Of a stretch of DNA of 64,000 nt, positions 47,810 to 58,320 are shown piece by piece. The notes beneath the pieces are model-generated. The model was not told the origin of the DNA. It saw only the letters and a program-made list of their open reading frames with translations, and ran no database searches. A program made the position numbers and the translations under genes. How positions within the stretch are numbered: position 1 is the stretch's first letter; each line of letters starts with the position of its first letter. The DNA is from Candidatus Latescibacterota bacterium (GTDB lineage: Bacteria; Latescibacterota; UBA2968; GCA-2709665): contig OZ242180.1 in the NCBI GenBank assembly GCA_965205485.1, positions 3,904,001 to 3,968,000 on the forward strand. The letters are read 5' to 3'.

Positions 47810-50800
47810 ATGCCGGACAGGAGCCCCTTGGGACGCATAGTCAAAATAGCCGTTCTGCTCTCGGCCGTTGCGGTCGTGATCGTCGGAGTGGGTTTGCTCG
47901 CGCTGACAACGGGTCACGCGAACCCGTATCTGCGCGCTTACGTGCAGCAGCGGCTCGCCCGGGATCTGGGCGTGGCGGTGGATATCGGTCGACTGCACGG
48001 CAACCCGTTGAAAGGATTCCGGCTGGATCACGTGCGACTTGGCGCGGAACAGGATCCATTGGTCGTCGTGGATGCGGTAGAAGCCCGATATCGGCCTTCT
48101 GCGTTGTTGAGGCGAACGATTCTTGTCGACGAATTCCTGTTGACCGCCCCGAAGGTCCGGCTTACGGCAGGCGCGGCCGCCGCGGATTCTGCTTCCGGCC
48201 TGCTGCCTGAATCGGACCCGCAATGGTGGAAAAAGGGGCCAAAATGGGAGATCCACATCCGCCATGTGGAGGTCGTGGACGGCAGGATTGATCTGAATGG
48301 ACCCGGCAGAATCGACAGCCTTGATATGGCAATGGGACTTCGAGCCGGCCCGGCAGGTTACGAATTGGCGTTGCGCCGTTTGCGCTCCCTCGTTTTCGAT
48401 CCTCCGATCGTGATACGGGATCTGGCGGGTGTGACGCTGCTGGCGGATGGCAGGTTGACGCTCGCCGGGCTCCGGCTGCACACAGCGGGGTCCGGTGTCC
48501 GCATCGACGGAACGATGACCGGGTTGTCCCAACCCGCGTTTGACTTCATGCTGCGTGCGGATTCGCTCGCGTTTGACGAGTTGGGCCGTGTTCTTCCCGG
48601 TCCGTACCCGACGGGAAGCCTGGCCGCAGGCGGCAGGGTGTGGGGCGACGTGACCCGGGCGAACATGGACCTGAAACTCGACGACGGGTCAACCGTCTGC
48701 GCCCTATCAGGTCACGTCGACTTCTCGCAGGCCGACGTGGGTTATGACCTCCGCGCAGACGCGGCCGGGATCGACCTGATGCGGATCGCTCCCGGGTTCG
48801 GGATTGACGCGCGATTTGACGCGGCAGTTCGTCTATGGGGTCGCGGTCTGGATCCTTTCACTTCCGAAGCCTCCGTCAGCGCGGGACTTTCACGCGCCAT
48901 GCTCTCGGGCGTGGTCGTCGATACGGCAAGTCTGGCCGCGTCGCTCAGAAACGGCAGGGTTGGCATGGACCTCTCCGTGGAGGGGCCTGCCGGAGGCGTC
49001 ATCACAAAACTGTCGGTCGAACTGACGGAAGCGGAGCCGCTATATGAACTGAGCTTGCGGGTCGATCGTCTGGATCTGTCCGAATTTCCCGGGGCCGGCG
49101 CTCCGAAGACCCATCTGACCGGCGGAATCCGGCTTCAGCGTATGGATGCTGGGGTATGGCGCGGCGGGGCGGCGTTCGACGTCGCAAAAATCGAGGGGTT
49201 GCCCGCGGCAACAGGACTCGTCCTTCGCGGGTCGTTCCGTGAGGGTATGGTCAGATTCGATAGCTTAGGGGTGCGCTTGTCGGACGGATACGGCGTGGTC
49301 AGGGGACACGGCCGGATCGACCTCGGGCAGCTGTGGGTCTCCGGTGGGAAACAGCCAGCCTATATTGCGGGTCTGCGCGTGGACGGTGTTTCGGTGGATC
49401 GGCTACTGGGCCGACCGGGAATCCTGGAAGACGTGTCGCTTCAGATTGGAATTTCCGGCGCGGGATTGCATCCTGATTCAACGCAGGCCAGCGCGGACGT
49501 GATGCTGACCGCGTCGCGGTTTCTCGGCGGAAAACTGGATAGCGCGAGAGCGAGCCTGGTTCAACAGGGTCGCCGTACGATCGTGGATCGGCTGTTTCTG
49601 GCAGGTACCCGAGCGCGCATGGAAGGGAATGGCTGGATCGTCCCGGGTGACAGCCTGGACATCCGCGCGAAGGGTCGGGTCCACGATCTCAGTACACTTG
49701 ACAGTGTAATCGGTCAGGGACTTTCCGGATCGCCGGCTTCATTTTCGGCCGGCATCCGCGGCGCCTGGACGAAGCACCTTGTCACGGCGGACCTGCTGGC
49801 AGACAGCGTTCATTACCTGAGCATCCCGATCCATGGGGTCAAACTGGGAATGACGGGGCCGGAACTGCAACGGGGGGATTTGGAAGTCCGTGCGGATTCT
49901 CTAGTGTGGGGTGGACGTACGGTCTACGACGTGTCTGCGGACATTGGGCTGAATCGAGACGGGATTTCATTTGTCATGGGCAGCCGTCCGGACGAAATCG
50001 ATCAACTCCACCTCAGGGGCGGCGCAGCCTGGGCGGACAGTTTGTACGTCCTCGAGCTGGACTCCCTCGCGGTTGGCGTGGGCGGCGTGTCTCTGTCCAG
50101 CGATGGCGCCTCTCAAATAACGTACCGCCCCCGGGCAGGCGTGTTCGTGGAGCGTTTCCGCCTGGTCGGGGACGGCGGAGCGATACAGGCGCATGGACAC
50201 AGCGGCATTGGGGACGGTGTTGTTGTGAGTCTCATCGACGTGGACCTGGAGATCTGGTCCGGTTTTCTGCGGATGGCAGGCGAATTGAGCGGGATGCTTA
50301 CGGGTGCAATCGCGCTGTCCGGCACATTGGAGAACCCACATGTGAAAACAGAGTTTACGTTTCGCGACGGAGCCGTCGGGGGCGTCCGTCTGAACGAAGC
50401 ATCGGGAACCGCAGGATATCGAAACAATCGCACAACCGTGGACCTGAGACTGGTGCAGTCTCACGGACGGGAGGCTGTGGCGAACGGGCAGTTTCCCCTC
50501 GATCTGTCGTCAGGCGGTCCGGGTGATCTGTTTCCGCCGGGGCCCGTCGACCTGTCGTTGAAATCCGCGGGAGTCGATCTGAACTTCCTGCCCCACGTAT
50601 TCCCGGCCGTCCAGGACGCGCAGGGCACTCTGGCGGTCGACCTCACGGTGAAAGGGACGCCGAAGCGGCTTCTCAAGCGTGGATGGCTGACGCTGCGCGA
50701 CGGTAAAGCCCGGATCGTGCCTTTGAACACGGACTTTGACCAGGCAGAAGCGGATCTGAAGTTTGACGGGAACCGGATCGTACTCGATCGCTTCGAGACC

Positions 50801-51841
50801 GGCGGGAAGAAGACCAGGGTTACGCTGACTGGCGAGGTTGCATTGGACGGATTCGACGTGGAACGCTATGACCTTACGTTGAATGCGAACGAGTTCGAAG
50901 CGGTCGACCTGGCCTCGCTCAAAGCCACCCTCAATGCCCACCTTCAACTGAAGGGGGATCTTGAGGCGGGGCAGCTGGATGGCAGGGTAGCCTTGTCCCG
51001 TGCCGTTCTCAGGCTGTCCGACTTCATCGAATACCCGACCGACGTCGGCTGGATGTCGTCGCCGCTCTTTGAGAATCTGGTCTCCGACGTCCGGGTATCG
51101 GCTTCTCGAAACGTCTGGATCCGCGACCGGGAGTTGAACGTCGAGATCTCCGGGGACGTGGATTTGGTTAAGGACAAGGAGGGGATCAGGCTTTACGGGA
51201 CTCTCGACAGCAGACAGGGGCGGTACGAGTTTCAGAATACGAGCTTCGCGATCGACCGTGGAGAAATCAACTTCCGCGGCAGCGCCGACATCAACCCGGA
51301 TCTCTACATAATAGCAACCCGCAGGATCAGGTTGGTTTCCAATGAGAACGCGGTGATCAGCGTCGTCGTGGGGGGGACGCTCCTGGAACCCAGTATTTCC
51401 CTCGAAAGCGACACCACCCCGGCCATGGACGAATCGGACATCCTTTCGTACCTCTTGATCGGCAGGCCGGCCGACGACGTGTCCGGGTTGATGAGCGGGG
51501 AAGGCGGGGCCGGGAGCCGCCTGGAGGGTCAGGCCGCCGTCCTTGTGCTCGGCGTTGCTGCGAACCAGCTGAAGCGTTCGATCGGCCGGAGATTGAACCT
51601 TGACGTCGTGGAGATCGATCTGGGTCTTGGAACCTCGGCAACCCGGGTCCGGGCGGGTAAGTATTTCGGGTCCCGGTTCTTCGTCAGCTACGCGCAGGAC
51701 GTTTCCGAGGCGAGGGGCAGGGAGGTCGTGGTCGAATACGAACTGTTGCCAAACGTAACGCTGGAAGCGCAGCAGCGGGAGGGAAACGAGCGGGAACGGG
51801 ACCGGAGTTCACTCGGGATCTTCTGGAAGAAGGAGTGGTGA
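47810..51841 (+). CDS. tamB: translocation/assembly module TamB
   Basis: N-terminal TM anchor, long beta-rich body, DUF490-like C-terminus (L.S.P.M.E.DILSYLLIG, AGKY); follows tamA. Confidence 0.85.
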   Translation: MPDRSPLGRIVKIAVLLSAVAVVIVGVGLLALTTGHANPYLRAYVQQRLARDLGVAVDIGRLHGNPLKGFRLDHVRLGAEQDPLVVVDAVEARYRPSALLRRTILVDEFLLTAPKVRLTAGAAAADSASGLLPESDPQWWKKGPKWEIHIRHVEVVDGRIDLNGPGRIDSLDMAMGLRAGPAGYELALRRLRSLVFDPPIVIRDLAGVTLLADGRLTLAGLRLHTAGSGVRIDGTMTGLSQPAFDFMLRADSLAFDELGRVLPGPYPTGSLAAGGRVWGDVTRANMDLKLDDGSTVCALSGHVDFSQADVGYDLRADAAGIDLMRIAPGFGIDARFDAAVRLWGRGLDPFTSEASVSAGLSRAMLSGVVVDTASLAASLRNGRVGMDLSVEGPAGGVITKLSVELTEAEPLYELSLRVDRLDLSEFPGAGAPKTHLTGGIRLQRMDAGVWRGGAAFDVAKIEGLPAATGLVLRGSFREGMVRFDSLGVRLSDGYGVVRGHGRIDLGQLWVSGGKQPAYIAGLRVDGVSVDRLLGRPGILEDVSLQIGISGAGLHPDSTQASADVMLTASRFLGGKLDSARASLVQQGRRTIVDRLFLAGTRARMEGNGWIVPGDSLDIRAKGRVHDLSTLDSVIGQGLSGSPASFSAGIRGAWTKHLVTADLLADSVHYLSIPIHGVKLGMTGPELQRGDLEVRADSLVWGGRTVYDVSADIGLNRDGISFVMGSRPDEIDQLHLRGGAAWADSLYVLELDSLAVGVGGVSLSSDGASQITYRPRAGVFVERFRLVGDGGAIQAHGHSGIGDGVVVSLIDVDLEIWSGFLRMAGELSGMLTGAIALSGTLENPHVKTEFTFRDGAVGGVRLNEASGTAGYRNNRTTVDLRLVQSHGREAVANGQFPLDLSSGGPGDLFPPGPVDLSLKSAGVDLNFLPHVFPAVQDAQGTLAVDLTVKGTPKRLLKRGWLTLRDGKARIVPLNTDFDQAEADLKFDGNRIVLDRFETGGKKTRVTLTGEVALDGFDVERYDLTLNANEFEAVDLASLKATLNAHLQLKGDLEAGQLDGRVALSRAVLRLSDFIEYPTDVGWMSSPLFENLVSDVRVSASRNVWIRDRELNVEISGDVDLVKDKEGIRLYGTLDSRQGRYEFQNTSFAIDRGEINFRGSADINPDLYIIATRRIRLVSNENAVISVVVGGTLLEPSISLESDTTPAMDESDILSYLLIGRPADDVSGLMSGEGGAGSRLEGQAAVLVLGVAANQLKRSIGRRLNLDVVEIDLGLGTSATRVRAGKYFGSRFFVSYAQDVSEARGREVVVEYELLPNVTLEAQQREGNERERDRSSLGIFWKKEW

Positions 51842-51912
51842 ATCGCCCGTGGGTTTCGAAACAGGAATTCACCCGGTTGGATCTCGCAGGTCAATCATGG
51901 AGGGTGTACGTC

Positions 51913-52710
51913 ATGGACTTGAAAAATGCGAAGGAGCAGTATCAGGCGCAGGGCTATTTCATTGCGGATGACGCGGTCGATCCGGAGATGCTGGGACCGC
52001 TTCTGGACGCCACGCGACGGGTAAAGGCGAAGACGCGTACCCGGGAGGTGGACATCTACACCCACCGGACTCCGGAAGGAGAGCCATGGGCGATCAGGGG
52101 CTTGTTCGCTCCCGAATTCAACGAACCGGTTTTTGCGGAGTATCTGATGTCTCAACCGGTGATGCAATACGTAGAGCCGCTCCTGGGCGTCGATTTGCGC
52201 CTGGGCGGCGTGCTCATCTTCACATCTCCCCACGAAGTGGATTGGAGCGGCGGGTGGCACCGGGATTTTGGCGGCAACGAGCGGGACGGGTCCTACGAAG
52301 TGGAAATGGAAATACTCAACCGGCCGATGGTGTCGCTGAAGTGGCACCTGGCGCTGGTTGACGATTCCTGCCTGCAGTTGGTACCTGGCAGCCACCGGCG
52401 GTACCGTACGGATGAGGAGCGGGATCGCCTGTTGAAGAATCGGAACGCTGATATCTCAACGCAGGAAGTGATGCACCTGAAGGCGGGACAGACGATTTTC
52501 TGGAACGGCAATGCGGTTCATCGCGGGATCTACAAGACGAGGCCGGAGAGATTGACACTGGCCGGGAGCTGGAATAAACACAGTCCGGACGAGAAACCGC
52601 AGGAAACGGACGGGCGCGTGAAATGGATGCTCGCGGACAATGTGCGTGGGTTTCTGCCGGAGCGGATGCATACGGCGTATGACCGGTGGAGAGCATTGCA
52701 ACTGGGATGA
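51913..52710 (+). CDS. phytanoyl-CoA dioxygenase family Fe(II)/2OG enzyme
   Basis: Y..QGYFI, WHRD, LVPGSH, L.AG..IF...VHRG. Confidence 0.85.
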   Translation: MDLKNAKEQYQAQGYFIADDAVDPEMLGPLLDATRRVKAKTRTREVDIYTHRTPEGEPWAIRGLFAPEFNEPVFAEYLMSQPVMQYVEPLLGVDLRLGGVLIFTSPHEVDWSGGWHRDFGGNERDGSYEVEMEILNRPMVSLKWHLALVDDSCLQLVPGSHRRYRTDEERDRLLKNRNADISTQEVMHLKAGQTIFWNGNAVHRGIYKTRPERLTLAGSWNKHSPDEKPQETDGRVKWMLADNVRGFLPERMHTAYDRWRALQLG

Positions 52711-52760
52711 ATGCCGTCAATCTGTGTATGAACGCGAAGGAGACAAAAGGAGGGCAAAGC

Positions 52761-53519
52761 ATGGCGATTACGGGCGATTTCGAGGCCTATCTGGCGGAAG
52801 ATTGGTACGGCCGCCCCATGTCCGTCGACGCACTGCTGGAGTGCGAAGCGGAAGCGGACATCGATATGGCGGTGGTCATGCCCGACGCGAAGGAGGACCC
52901 GGATAACGACGGGCTGCTGGAACGGACCGGAGACCATCCGAACCTGCTGCCCTGCGTGATGATGAATCCGCATTGGGGTGATCGTGGAGTTGCGCTGCTG
53001 AGGGACTACGTGTCCCGCGGCGCTCAGGGCATGAAGCTGATGGGCGCGATCCACAAGTTCGAGGTGGACGATCCGATGGTCTTTCCATTCGCGGACGCCG
53101 CACAGGAACTGGGTATCGTGATTTCGATCCATACCGGGGTGGAAAACTGCAGCGCGGATCGGGCAGCGGCGATCGCGGAACGCGCGCCGGAAACGGCGAT
53201 CATCCTCGACCATATGGGTTTTCCGGACCATTTCGACGCGGCATTGTCCGTGTGCGTGCAATATCAGAACGTATTCATGGGCACGACCATTCTGCGTTTT
53301 CACAAACGCTGGTCGGACAACCCGGAGGAGACCGTTCCCGTGGAGGTCAGAACCGCCGTCGAGACGTTGGGGCCGGAACGGGTGGTCTTCGGCTCCAATC
53401 TGCCGGAATATCGGCCCATCCAGGTGAAACGGGCGATTCAGCGGCTGCGCCTCGGAGAGGATGCCGAGCGGCTGATTTTCGGGGAGAACCTGGCGAGAAT
53501 CTACGGGCTTTCGGGATAG
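52761..53519 (+). CDS. amidohydrolase family protein (atypical N-terminal metal motif)
   Basis: GMKL, ISIHTG, ILDHMG, ERVVFGSN.P, IFGEN.AR; AGGAGG RBS. Confidence 0.8.
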   Translation: MAITGDFEAYLAEDWYGRPMSVDALLECEAEADIDMAVVMPDAKEDPDNDGLLERTGDHPNLLPCVMMNPHWGDRGVALLRDYVSRGAQGMKLMGAIHKFEVDDPMVFPFADAAQELGIVISIHTGVENCSADRAAAIAERAPETAIILDHMGFPDHFDAALSVCVQYQNVFMGTTILRFHKRWSDNPEETVPVEVRTAVETLGPERVVFGSNLPEYRPIQVKRAIQRLRLGEDAERLIFGENLARIYGLSG

Positions 53520-53522
53520 CCG

Positions 53523-54284
53523 TCAGTCGGCCTGCAAAAACGCGCGCTGCAGGTCGTCGAAGTGGTGGTCCGATGACGCGAGGGTGGGTTCCGGCGCGGC
53601 TATTGCGCCGAATAGTTCCTCGAAGTCCACCGTCCTGCCCGAGAGGTACCGCAGGCGTATACCCAGCACGTTCAGGATGGCTGCGCCGGCGGCGTAGTCC
53701 CAGATCGACGCGTGGTCGAACGCGCCAACCGCGGAGCCCCTGGCAACGTAACACAGATGGGCGGCTGCGGACCCGAGACTGAGGGTTTTGCCGGGGTAGT
53801 CGATCCTGAGACGTTTGAATGCGCCTTCGCTGACCAGCAGCAGGGCGTTGGCGTCCAGTGCGGGCTTTGGTGGCGCGAGCGCGCGCCCGTTGCAGAAGGC
53901 GGAAGCGCCGTCCGTATGGTAGACGTCTCCAATGACCGGCAGGGTGAACGCACCCATGGTTGGTTCTCCGTCCTCGAAGACGCCGATCGAGACGCCCCAG
54001 ACCGGTAAGCCATGGTTGAACGCACGCGTTCCGTCGATCGGATCGATCGCCCAGACGACGGGCGATAACGGCATCGGATTGGCGCCCTCTTCGCCCAGTA
54101 TTGCATCGTTCGGTCGCCTGGATTCGATCTCTCTTCTGAGAAAGGTTTCAACTTCCACGTCCGCGTGAGTGACCCAGGAATTGTCGGCCTTGAGCGTGCC
54201 TTCCGTCCTGCCGAAGTGGGATAGCGCGATTCCACCGGACTCGCGGGCAATTTCCAGAATCCATTTGATGTCGATTGGCGTCAC
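53523..54284 (-). CDS. inositol monophosphatase family protein
   Basis: VTHAD, ILGEE, WAIDPIDGT..F, GSAA..LC.VA.G, WDYAAG. Confidence 0.92.
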   Translation of the reverse strand: MTPIDIKWILEIARESGGIALSHFGRTEGTLKADNSWVTHADVEVETFLRREIESRRPNDAILGEEGANPMPLSPVVWAIDPIDGTRAFNHGLPVWGVSIGVFEDGEPTMGAFTLPVIGDVYHTDGASAFCNGRALAPPKPALDANALLLVSEGAFKRLRIDYPGKTLSLGSAAAHLCYVARGSAVGAFDHASIWDYAAGAAILNVLGIRLRYLSGRTVDFEELFGAIAAPEPTLASSDHHFDDLQRAFLQAD

Positions 54285-54566
54285 GCTGCCTCCTAAGCAG
54301 TTGAAGTGGTTCCCTGGTCGGATTGAAGATATACACAAACGAACCTTGAAACAATCGTCGCATCACGGCCGGGACGATGGGTATTGCGCCTGCGGCGGGG
54401 AGGCGCTATCTTCAGGATTCGCGCCCTCTCAGTCAGAGCTGATGCTGCTTCCGCTACCTCGTGATCACATGGTTCAAATCGCGTGAATCATCTCCAGGCA
54501 ATCCAGGGGGCGAACGTCGGGTTTTGTCTGCCAGGCCAATTCCACGCCGGAGGACCTGTCCGCGCA

Positions 54567-55319
54567 ATGGGAAAGAAGAAGATATTCCTGACCGGCGCGG
54601 CCGGGTCGCTTGGGACCTCTATCCGGTCGCGGATGAGAGCGCGATATGATTTCCGGCTCCTGCTGCACTCGACGGTACCGGACGACGTGCATTCCGACGA
54701 CCAGGTGGTCTTCGGCAGCGTGGCGGACCACGCGGCGATGGTCGAAGCCACGTCTGGTGTGGACGCCGTCGTACACCTGGCGATCCGTCGATGGAGCGGC
54801 ATGACCGCTGAAGACGTGGCGAAAGCGACCCTGGAAGTCGACATTCCGGGCGTGTACAATATCCTCGAGGCTGCGCGAATAAACGCAGTGCCTGTCGTCG
54901 TCTTCGCAAGTACCAATCACGTCACGGGTTTATACGAAAAGGAAGGCCTTGTCTCCACACCCGAGAGCCCGGTAAGGCCGGACGGCGTTTACGGCGCCGG
55001 AAAGGCTTTCGGAGAAGCCCTGGGCAGATTTTATGCGGAACGATACGGGATACGGGTGATTTGCCTTCGGGTGGCGAACTTCAATGGGAAGGACGCGCCG
55101 GGAACACGATATGAGGCCGGGTATGCCCGCTGGCTGAGTCCGAGGGATCTGGCGCAACTGGTCTGGAGGTCCATCGAAGCGGAGCACGTCGGGTTCGGGA
55201 TCTTCTACGGTGTGTCGGGCGGCAGCGAGAAGAAGTGGGATCTCTCGAACGCGCGGGAGTTGCTGGGCTACGTGCCGAAAGACGACGGAACCCTGCCGGA
55301 GTATGGAGGCAATGAATAA
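54567..55319 (+). CDS. NAD-dependent epimerase/dehydratase (uronate dehydrogenase-like)
   Basis: LTGAAGSLG, VVFASTNH..G, RPDGVYGAGK.FGE.LGR, WLSPRD. Confidence 0.8.
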   Translation: MGKKKIFLTGAAGSLGTSIRSRMRARYDFRLLLHSTVPDDVHSDDQVVFGSVADHAAMVEATSGVDAVVHLAIRRWSGMTAEDVAKATLEVDIPGVYNILEAARINAVPVVVFASTNHVTGLYEKEGLVSTPESPVRPDGVYGAGKAFGEALGRFYAERYGIRVICLRVANFNGKDAPGTRYEAGYARWLSPRDLAQLVWRSIEAEHVGFGIFYGVSGGSEKKWDLSNARELLGYVPKDDGTLPEYGGNE

Positions 55320-55408
55320 TGGCGGTGGATCCTGAAGCCGCATGCACGACAGCACAGGGCCTCGAGCCGGGATCGCCCGCCCGCTTCAGGGCGTGAAACC
55401 GATGTCGA

Positions 55409-56161
55409 ATGAAGCATGACAGCAGGGAGAACGGCATGATCCGGGAGGGTATGCGGGTGCTGGTGTTCAGCGCTCACGCGGCGGACTTCTGTTCGCGCGC
55501 GGGTGGGGCGATCATTCGATTCGTCAACGCGGGCGGCACGGTGCACGTCCATAACCTCACCTACGGAGAGCGGTGCGAGTCACCCGCATTGTGGGCGGAG
55601 GACCCGGACCTGCCCGTTGAGGACGTCAAGGCGAGGCGCAGGCAGGAATTCGAGGCCGCCGCCGGGATCCTGGGAGCGAGCATCGATTGCTTCGATTTCG
55701 GAGACAGCCCGCTGGTGGTGGGACCCGAACGACGTCTGCAACTGCTGGACGCGGTTCGGCGATTCAGGCCGGATCTCGTAATGAGTCACTGGATCAACGA
55801 CGTGATGCATCCGGATCACGTGGAGACCACGCAGGCCGCATTGTGGGCATGTTCCTACTGCAATGCGGGAGGAATCAAGACCGGCCGCGACCCGTGCCAG
55901 CGTCCGCTTGTGATATGCTACGAAACCACGATGGGGACGTCGCCAGTTTCGGGTTTCGTTCCCGACCTGTACGTGGATATTTCGTCGGTTTTCGAACAGA
56001 AGATCGAAGCGCTGAAGAAGCTTGCCGCACAGCCGCCCCTGCCGGAGGTGTATACGGTTCTGAACCGGTACCGCGCCATTGAGGCGCAGCATATGGCAGG
56101 GATGAACGACTGCCGGTATGCCGAGGGATTTGCGAGGATCGGCAAGGAGCCGGTGGTCTGA
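55409..56161 (+). CDS. PIG-L family protein, 4-oxalomesaconate hydratase GalB-like
   Basis: VFSAHAADFCSRAGG, TYGER.ES..LW, HPDH, PD.YVDIS, YAEGF. Confidence 0.75.
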   Translation: MKHDSRENGMIREGMRVLVFSAHAADFCSRAGGAIIRFVNAGGTVHVHNLTYGERCESPALWAEDPDLPVEDVKARRRQEFEAAAGILGASIDCFDFGDSPLVVGPERRLQLLDAVRRFRPDLVMSHWINDVMHPDHVETTQAALWACSYCNAGGIKTGRDPCQRPLVICYETTMGTSPVSGFVPDLYVDISSVFEQKIEALKKLAAQPPLPEVYTVLNRYRAIEAQHMAGMNDCRYAEGFARIGKEPVV

Positions 56162-56208
56162 CGGGAGCCCCTGTCCACAGTCGCCTTAACAAAGGAGGAG
56201 TGCTGTAG

Positions 56209-56994
56209 ATGAAACTTTCCTGGATGACATATGGCGTTCTGAAGGATCTTTCGCGCCGGGACCTGCTGCAGACGCTGGGTGACCACGGCGTCGAGGGCGT
56301 CGAATTCCGGACGGACCTGGGTCACGGGCACGGCGTGGAGGCGTCGCTGGATGACGCCGAACGCAGGCAGGTCGTGGCCGACTGCGCAGCGGCCGGCATT
56401 GAAATCATCAGCGTTGCAACGGGAAACCGGTATCACGATGAGGACGCGTCCGACCTTCGGGACCAGATCGACCAGACAAAGGTGCGGATGGATCTCGCTG
56501 CGGATCTGGGCGCGCCCAGGGTGAGAGTATTCGGGAACAATTTCCCCAAAGACGTGCCGAGAGAGAAGACGATCGCTCAGGTGGCCGTTGCGCTTCGGGA
56601 GCTCTGTGCGTACGGCGTCGAAAGGTCCGTCAGGCCGTGTCTGGAGCTGCACGGCGAATTCGACTGGCGGTCTTGCCGGGCGGTAGCCGAAAAGGTGGAC
56701 CATCAGAATTTCGGATTGATCTGGAATTCGGTGGCCGAAGACGTGGTTGACGGATCCGTCGAGCAGGCGCTCGACACGGTCTGGCCCTGGCTGGACCACG
56801 TCCATATGCACGATCTGGCTGGCCAGGGGTATCCGTACAGGGAGTTGTTCCGGTTGCTACACCAGAAGGAATACGCGGGGTATATGTCGGCCGAGGCGGA
56901 ACGGAGCCCCGATCGGGGCGTCGGCGACCGGTGGATGTTCGCGGCGTATTACGCGGATCTTTTCAGGGCCTACCGGGACCTGGCGCGGGGTTAG
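56209..56994 (+). CDS. sugar phosphate isomerase/epimerase (xylose isomerase-like TIM barrel)
   Basis: GVEFR, RVRVFG, LELHG, HVHMHD, Y.G..S.E. Confidence 0.85.
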   Translation: MKLSWMTYGVLKDLSRRDLLQTLGDHGVEGVEFRTDLGHGHGVEASLDDAERRQVVADCAAAGIEIISVATGNRYHDEDASDLRDQIDQTKVRMDLAADLGAPRVRVFGNNFPKDVPREKTIAQVAVALRELCAYGVERSVRPCLELHGEFDWRSCRAVAEKVDHQNFGLIWNSVAEDVVDGSVEQALDTVWPWLDHVHMHDLAGQGYPYRELFRLLHQKEYAGYMSAEAERSPDRGVGDRWMFAAYYADLFRAYRDLARG

Positions 56995-57054
56995 GGGCGG
57001 GCTGAAAAGGCCGGTCGGCCAGCACCGGAAACTCCTTCAATGATTACATAAATC

Positions 57055-57087
57055 AAGCCTGATATGTCACTGCATATCAGGCTTTTT
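57055..57087 (+). terminator. rho-independent terminator
   Basis: AAGCCTGATATG-TCACTG-CATATCAGGCTT-TTT. Confidence 0.75.
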
Positions 57088-57150
57088 GCATATCGTACGG
57101 GGGACCGGCTGGTCGCCTTGTTCGATCCTCGAGTGTAAGCCTTCGCTGCC

Positions 57151-57855
57151 TCACGTTCGCGGCAAGAATGACTGGTGAGTCTCCATTAAATCGCGGCGTT
57201 TCTCCAAAGCGTCGGTCAACCGGGATGCCAACGCAGATTCCCCTATTGACCTCAGTTGCTTCGGTAGTTCCGGACGTGATGCGGGAAATACGTCGGCCCG
57301 GATCAAACGGGCGCGCGCAAATTGTGTCAACATCGTGATTGTCTGTTCCTGAACCGCATCATCGTCGCCGATCACTCCGAGATCTTCAAGAAGCCTACTT
57401 GCTCGGTCGGCGCGTTCTTCAGCCACTGCGGCAGAAGGTAACGGCAAATGCCTCGCCCACGTCTGTTGTAAGTCCGACCAGTATCGATCCTTCTGATGAA
57501 GTACCGTACCGAATCGGATGGACCAGCAAAGAAGCTCATGACCACGTGCGATGAGTGATTCCACGTCGGTTTTGCGATACGCCTTGACGTCGACATCCAG
57601 AGGCGGCGTCGCGAATGAGGGTTTCTCCGATCCGTACACGAATAGCATGTCGACGTCGGCGCTAAAGCTGACGTCGCGGACAATCGATCCGAAGGCGACA
57701 ATCGCCGGAATATCGGCTCGATCGCACGCCATTTGGATCAACTGCTCGACCCATTCCCTCGCCGCAACGCTTGGCCATTTCTCTGCAGATTCGAGTAAGC
57801 GGGGCAAAAAGGTCTCCATCCCAGGGCGTTTGCGCGTTTCTGTATGTTTTTCCAT
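57151..57855 (-). CDS. minimal nucleotidyltransferase (MNT) domain protein with helical C-terminal extension
   Basis: AIVAFGSIVR..DVDMLFV (GS..DxD); starts 4 nt after the HEPN gene stop. Confidence 0.75.
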   Translation of the reverse strand: MEKHTETRKRPGMETFLPRLLESAEKWPSVAAREWVEQLIQMACDRADIPAIVAFGSIVRDVSFSADVDMLFVYGSEKPSFATPPLDVDVKAYRKTDVESLIARGHELLCWSIRFGTVLHQKDRYWSDLQQTWARHLPLPSAAVAEERADRASRLLEDLGVIGDDDAVQEQTITMLTQFARARLIRADVFPASRPELPKQLRSIGESALASRLTDALEKRRDLMETHQSFLPRT

Positions 57856-57859
57856 TGAG

Positions 57860-58237
57860 TTATTTTTCCAGCAACGCGGACACCGCTTCCACATATTCTT
57901 CGATTTTTCGAGCAACGTCCTCGGCGTCGAGATCCGGGAGAGGGGCATCGCCATATGCAGCAGCCTTACGTGCTTCATTGAGGTTCCAGAGGAAGTCCGA
58001 GAGATCCGGTAAATCATAGGACACAGCAAGTTCTTCCGCCACTTTTGCCTTTTCGGAATGAGTCCTCCTGAAACTCAAGCCAGTGTGCATGGCAGCCGCT
58101 ACGATTGCAGCTTCAAGACAATAGAAGCCATAAATGGTCAAGTCTGTCCAATCCACGGGTTCGTCCCATGCAGCAAGCACACGATCCAGGTGTTGTTTCG
58201 CAATGGAGAACGAACGCTTCGCGTCGTCACCAGGCAT
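57860..58237 (-). CDS. HEPN domain protein
   Basis: all-helical; FY..EAAI.A, RTH, R-x4-Y motif RKAAAYG; adjacent to MNT. Confidence 0.78.
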   Translation of the reverse strand: MPGDDAKRSFSIAKQHLDRVLAAWDEPVDWTDLTIYGFYCLEAAIVAAAMHTGLSFRRTHSEKAKVAEELAVSYDLPDLSDFLWNLNEARKAAAYGDAPLPDLDAEDVARKIEEYVEAVSALLEK

Positions 58238-58291
58238 TTCCTGCCTTTTGTTTTATCGTGTGATGCCTTCCCGCTGGCCTCGCCTTAATGA

Positions 58292-58320
58292 AATATAGGC
58301 TCGGAGGTTCCCTTTATCAA
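58292..58320 (-). promoter_or_regulatory. putative sigma70 promoter of HEPN-MNT
   Basis: TTGATA-17 nt-TATATT. Confidence 0.55.

Noticed and set aside
54370..54460. fluoride riboswitch-like words (GATGG...GCTGATG...CTAC)
   Set aside because: Spacing and stems do not fit, and the downstream gene is unrelated to fluoride
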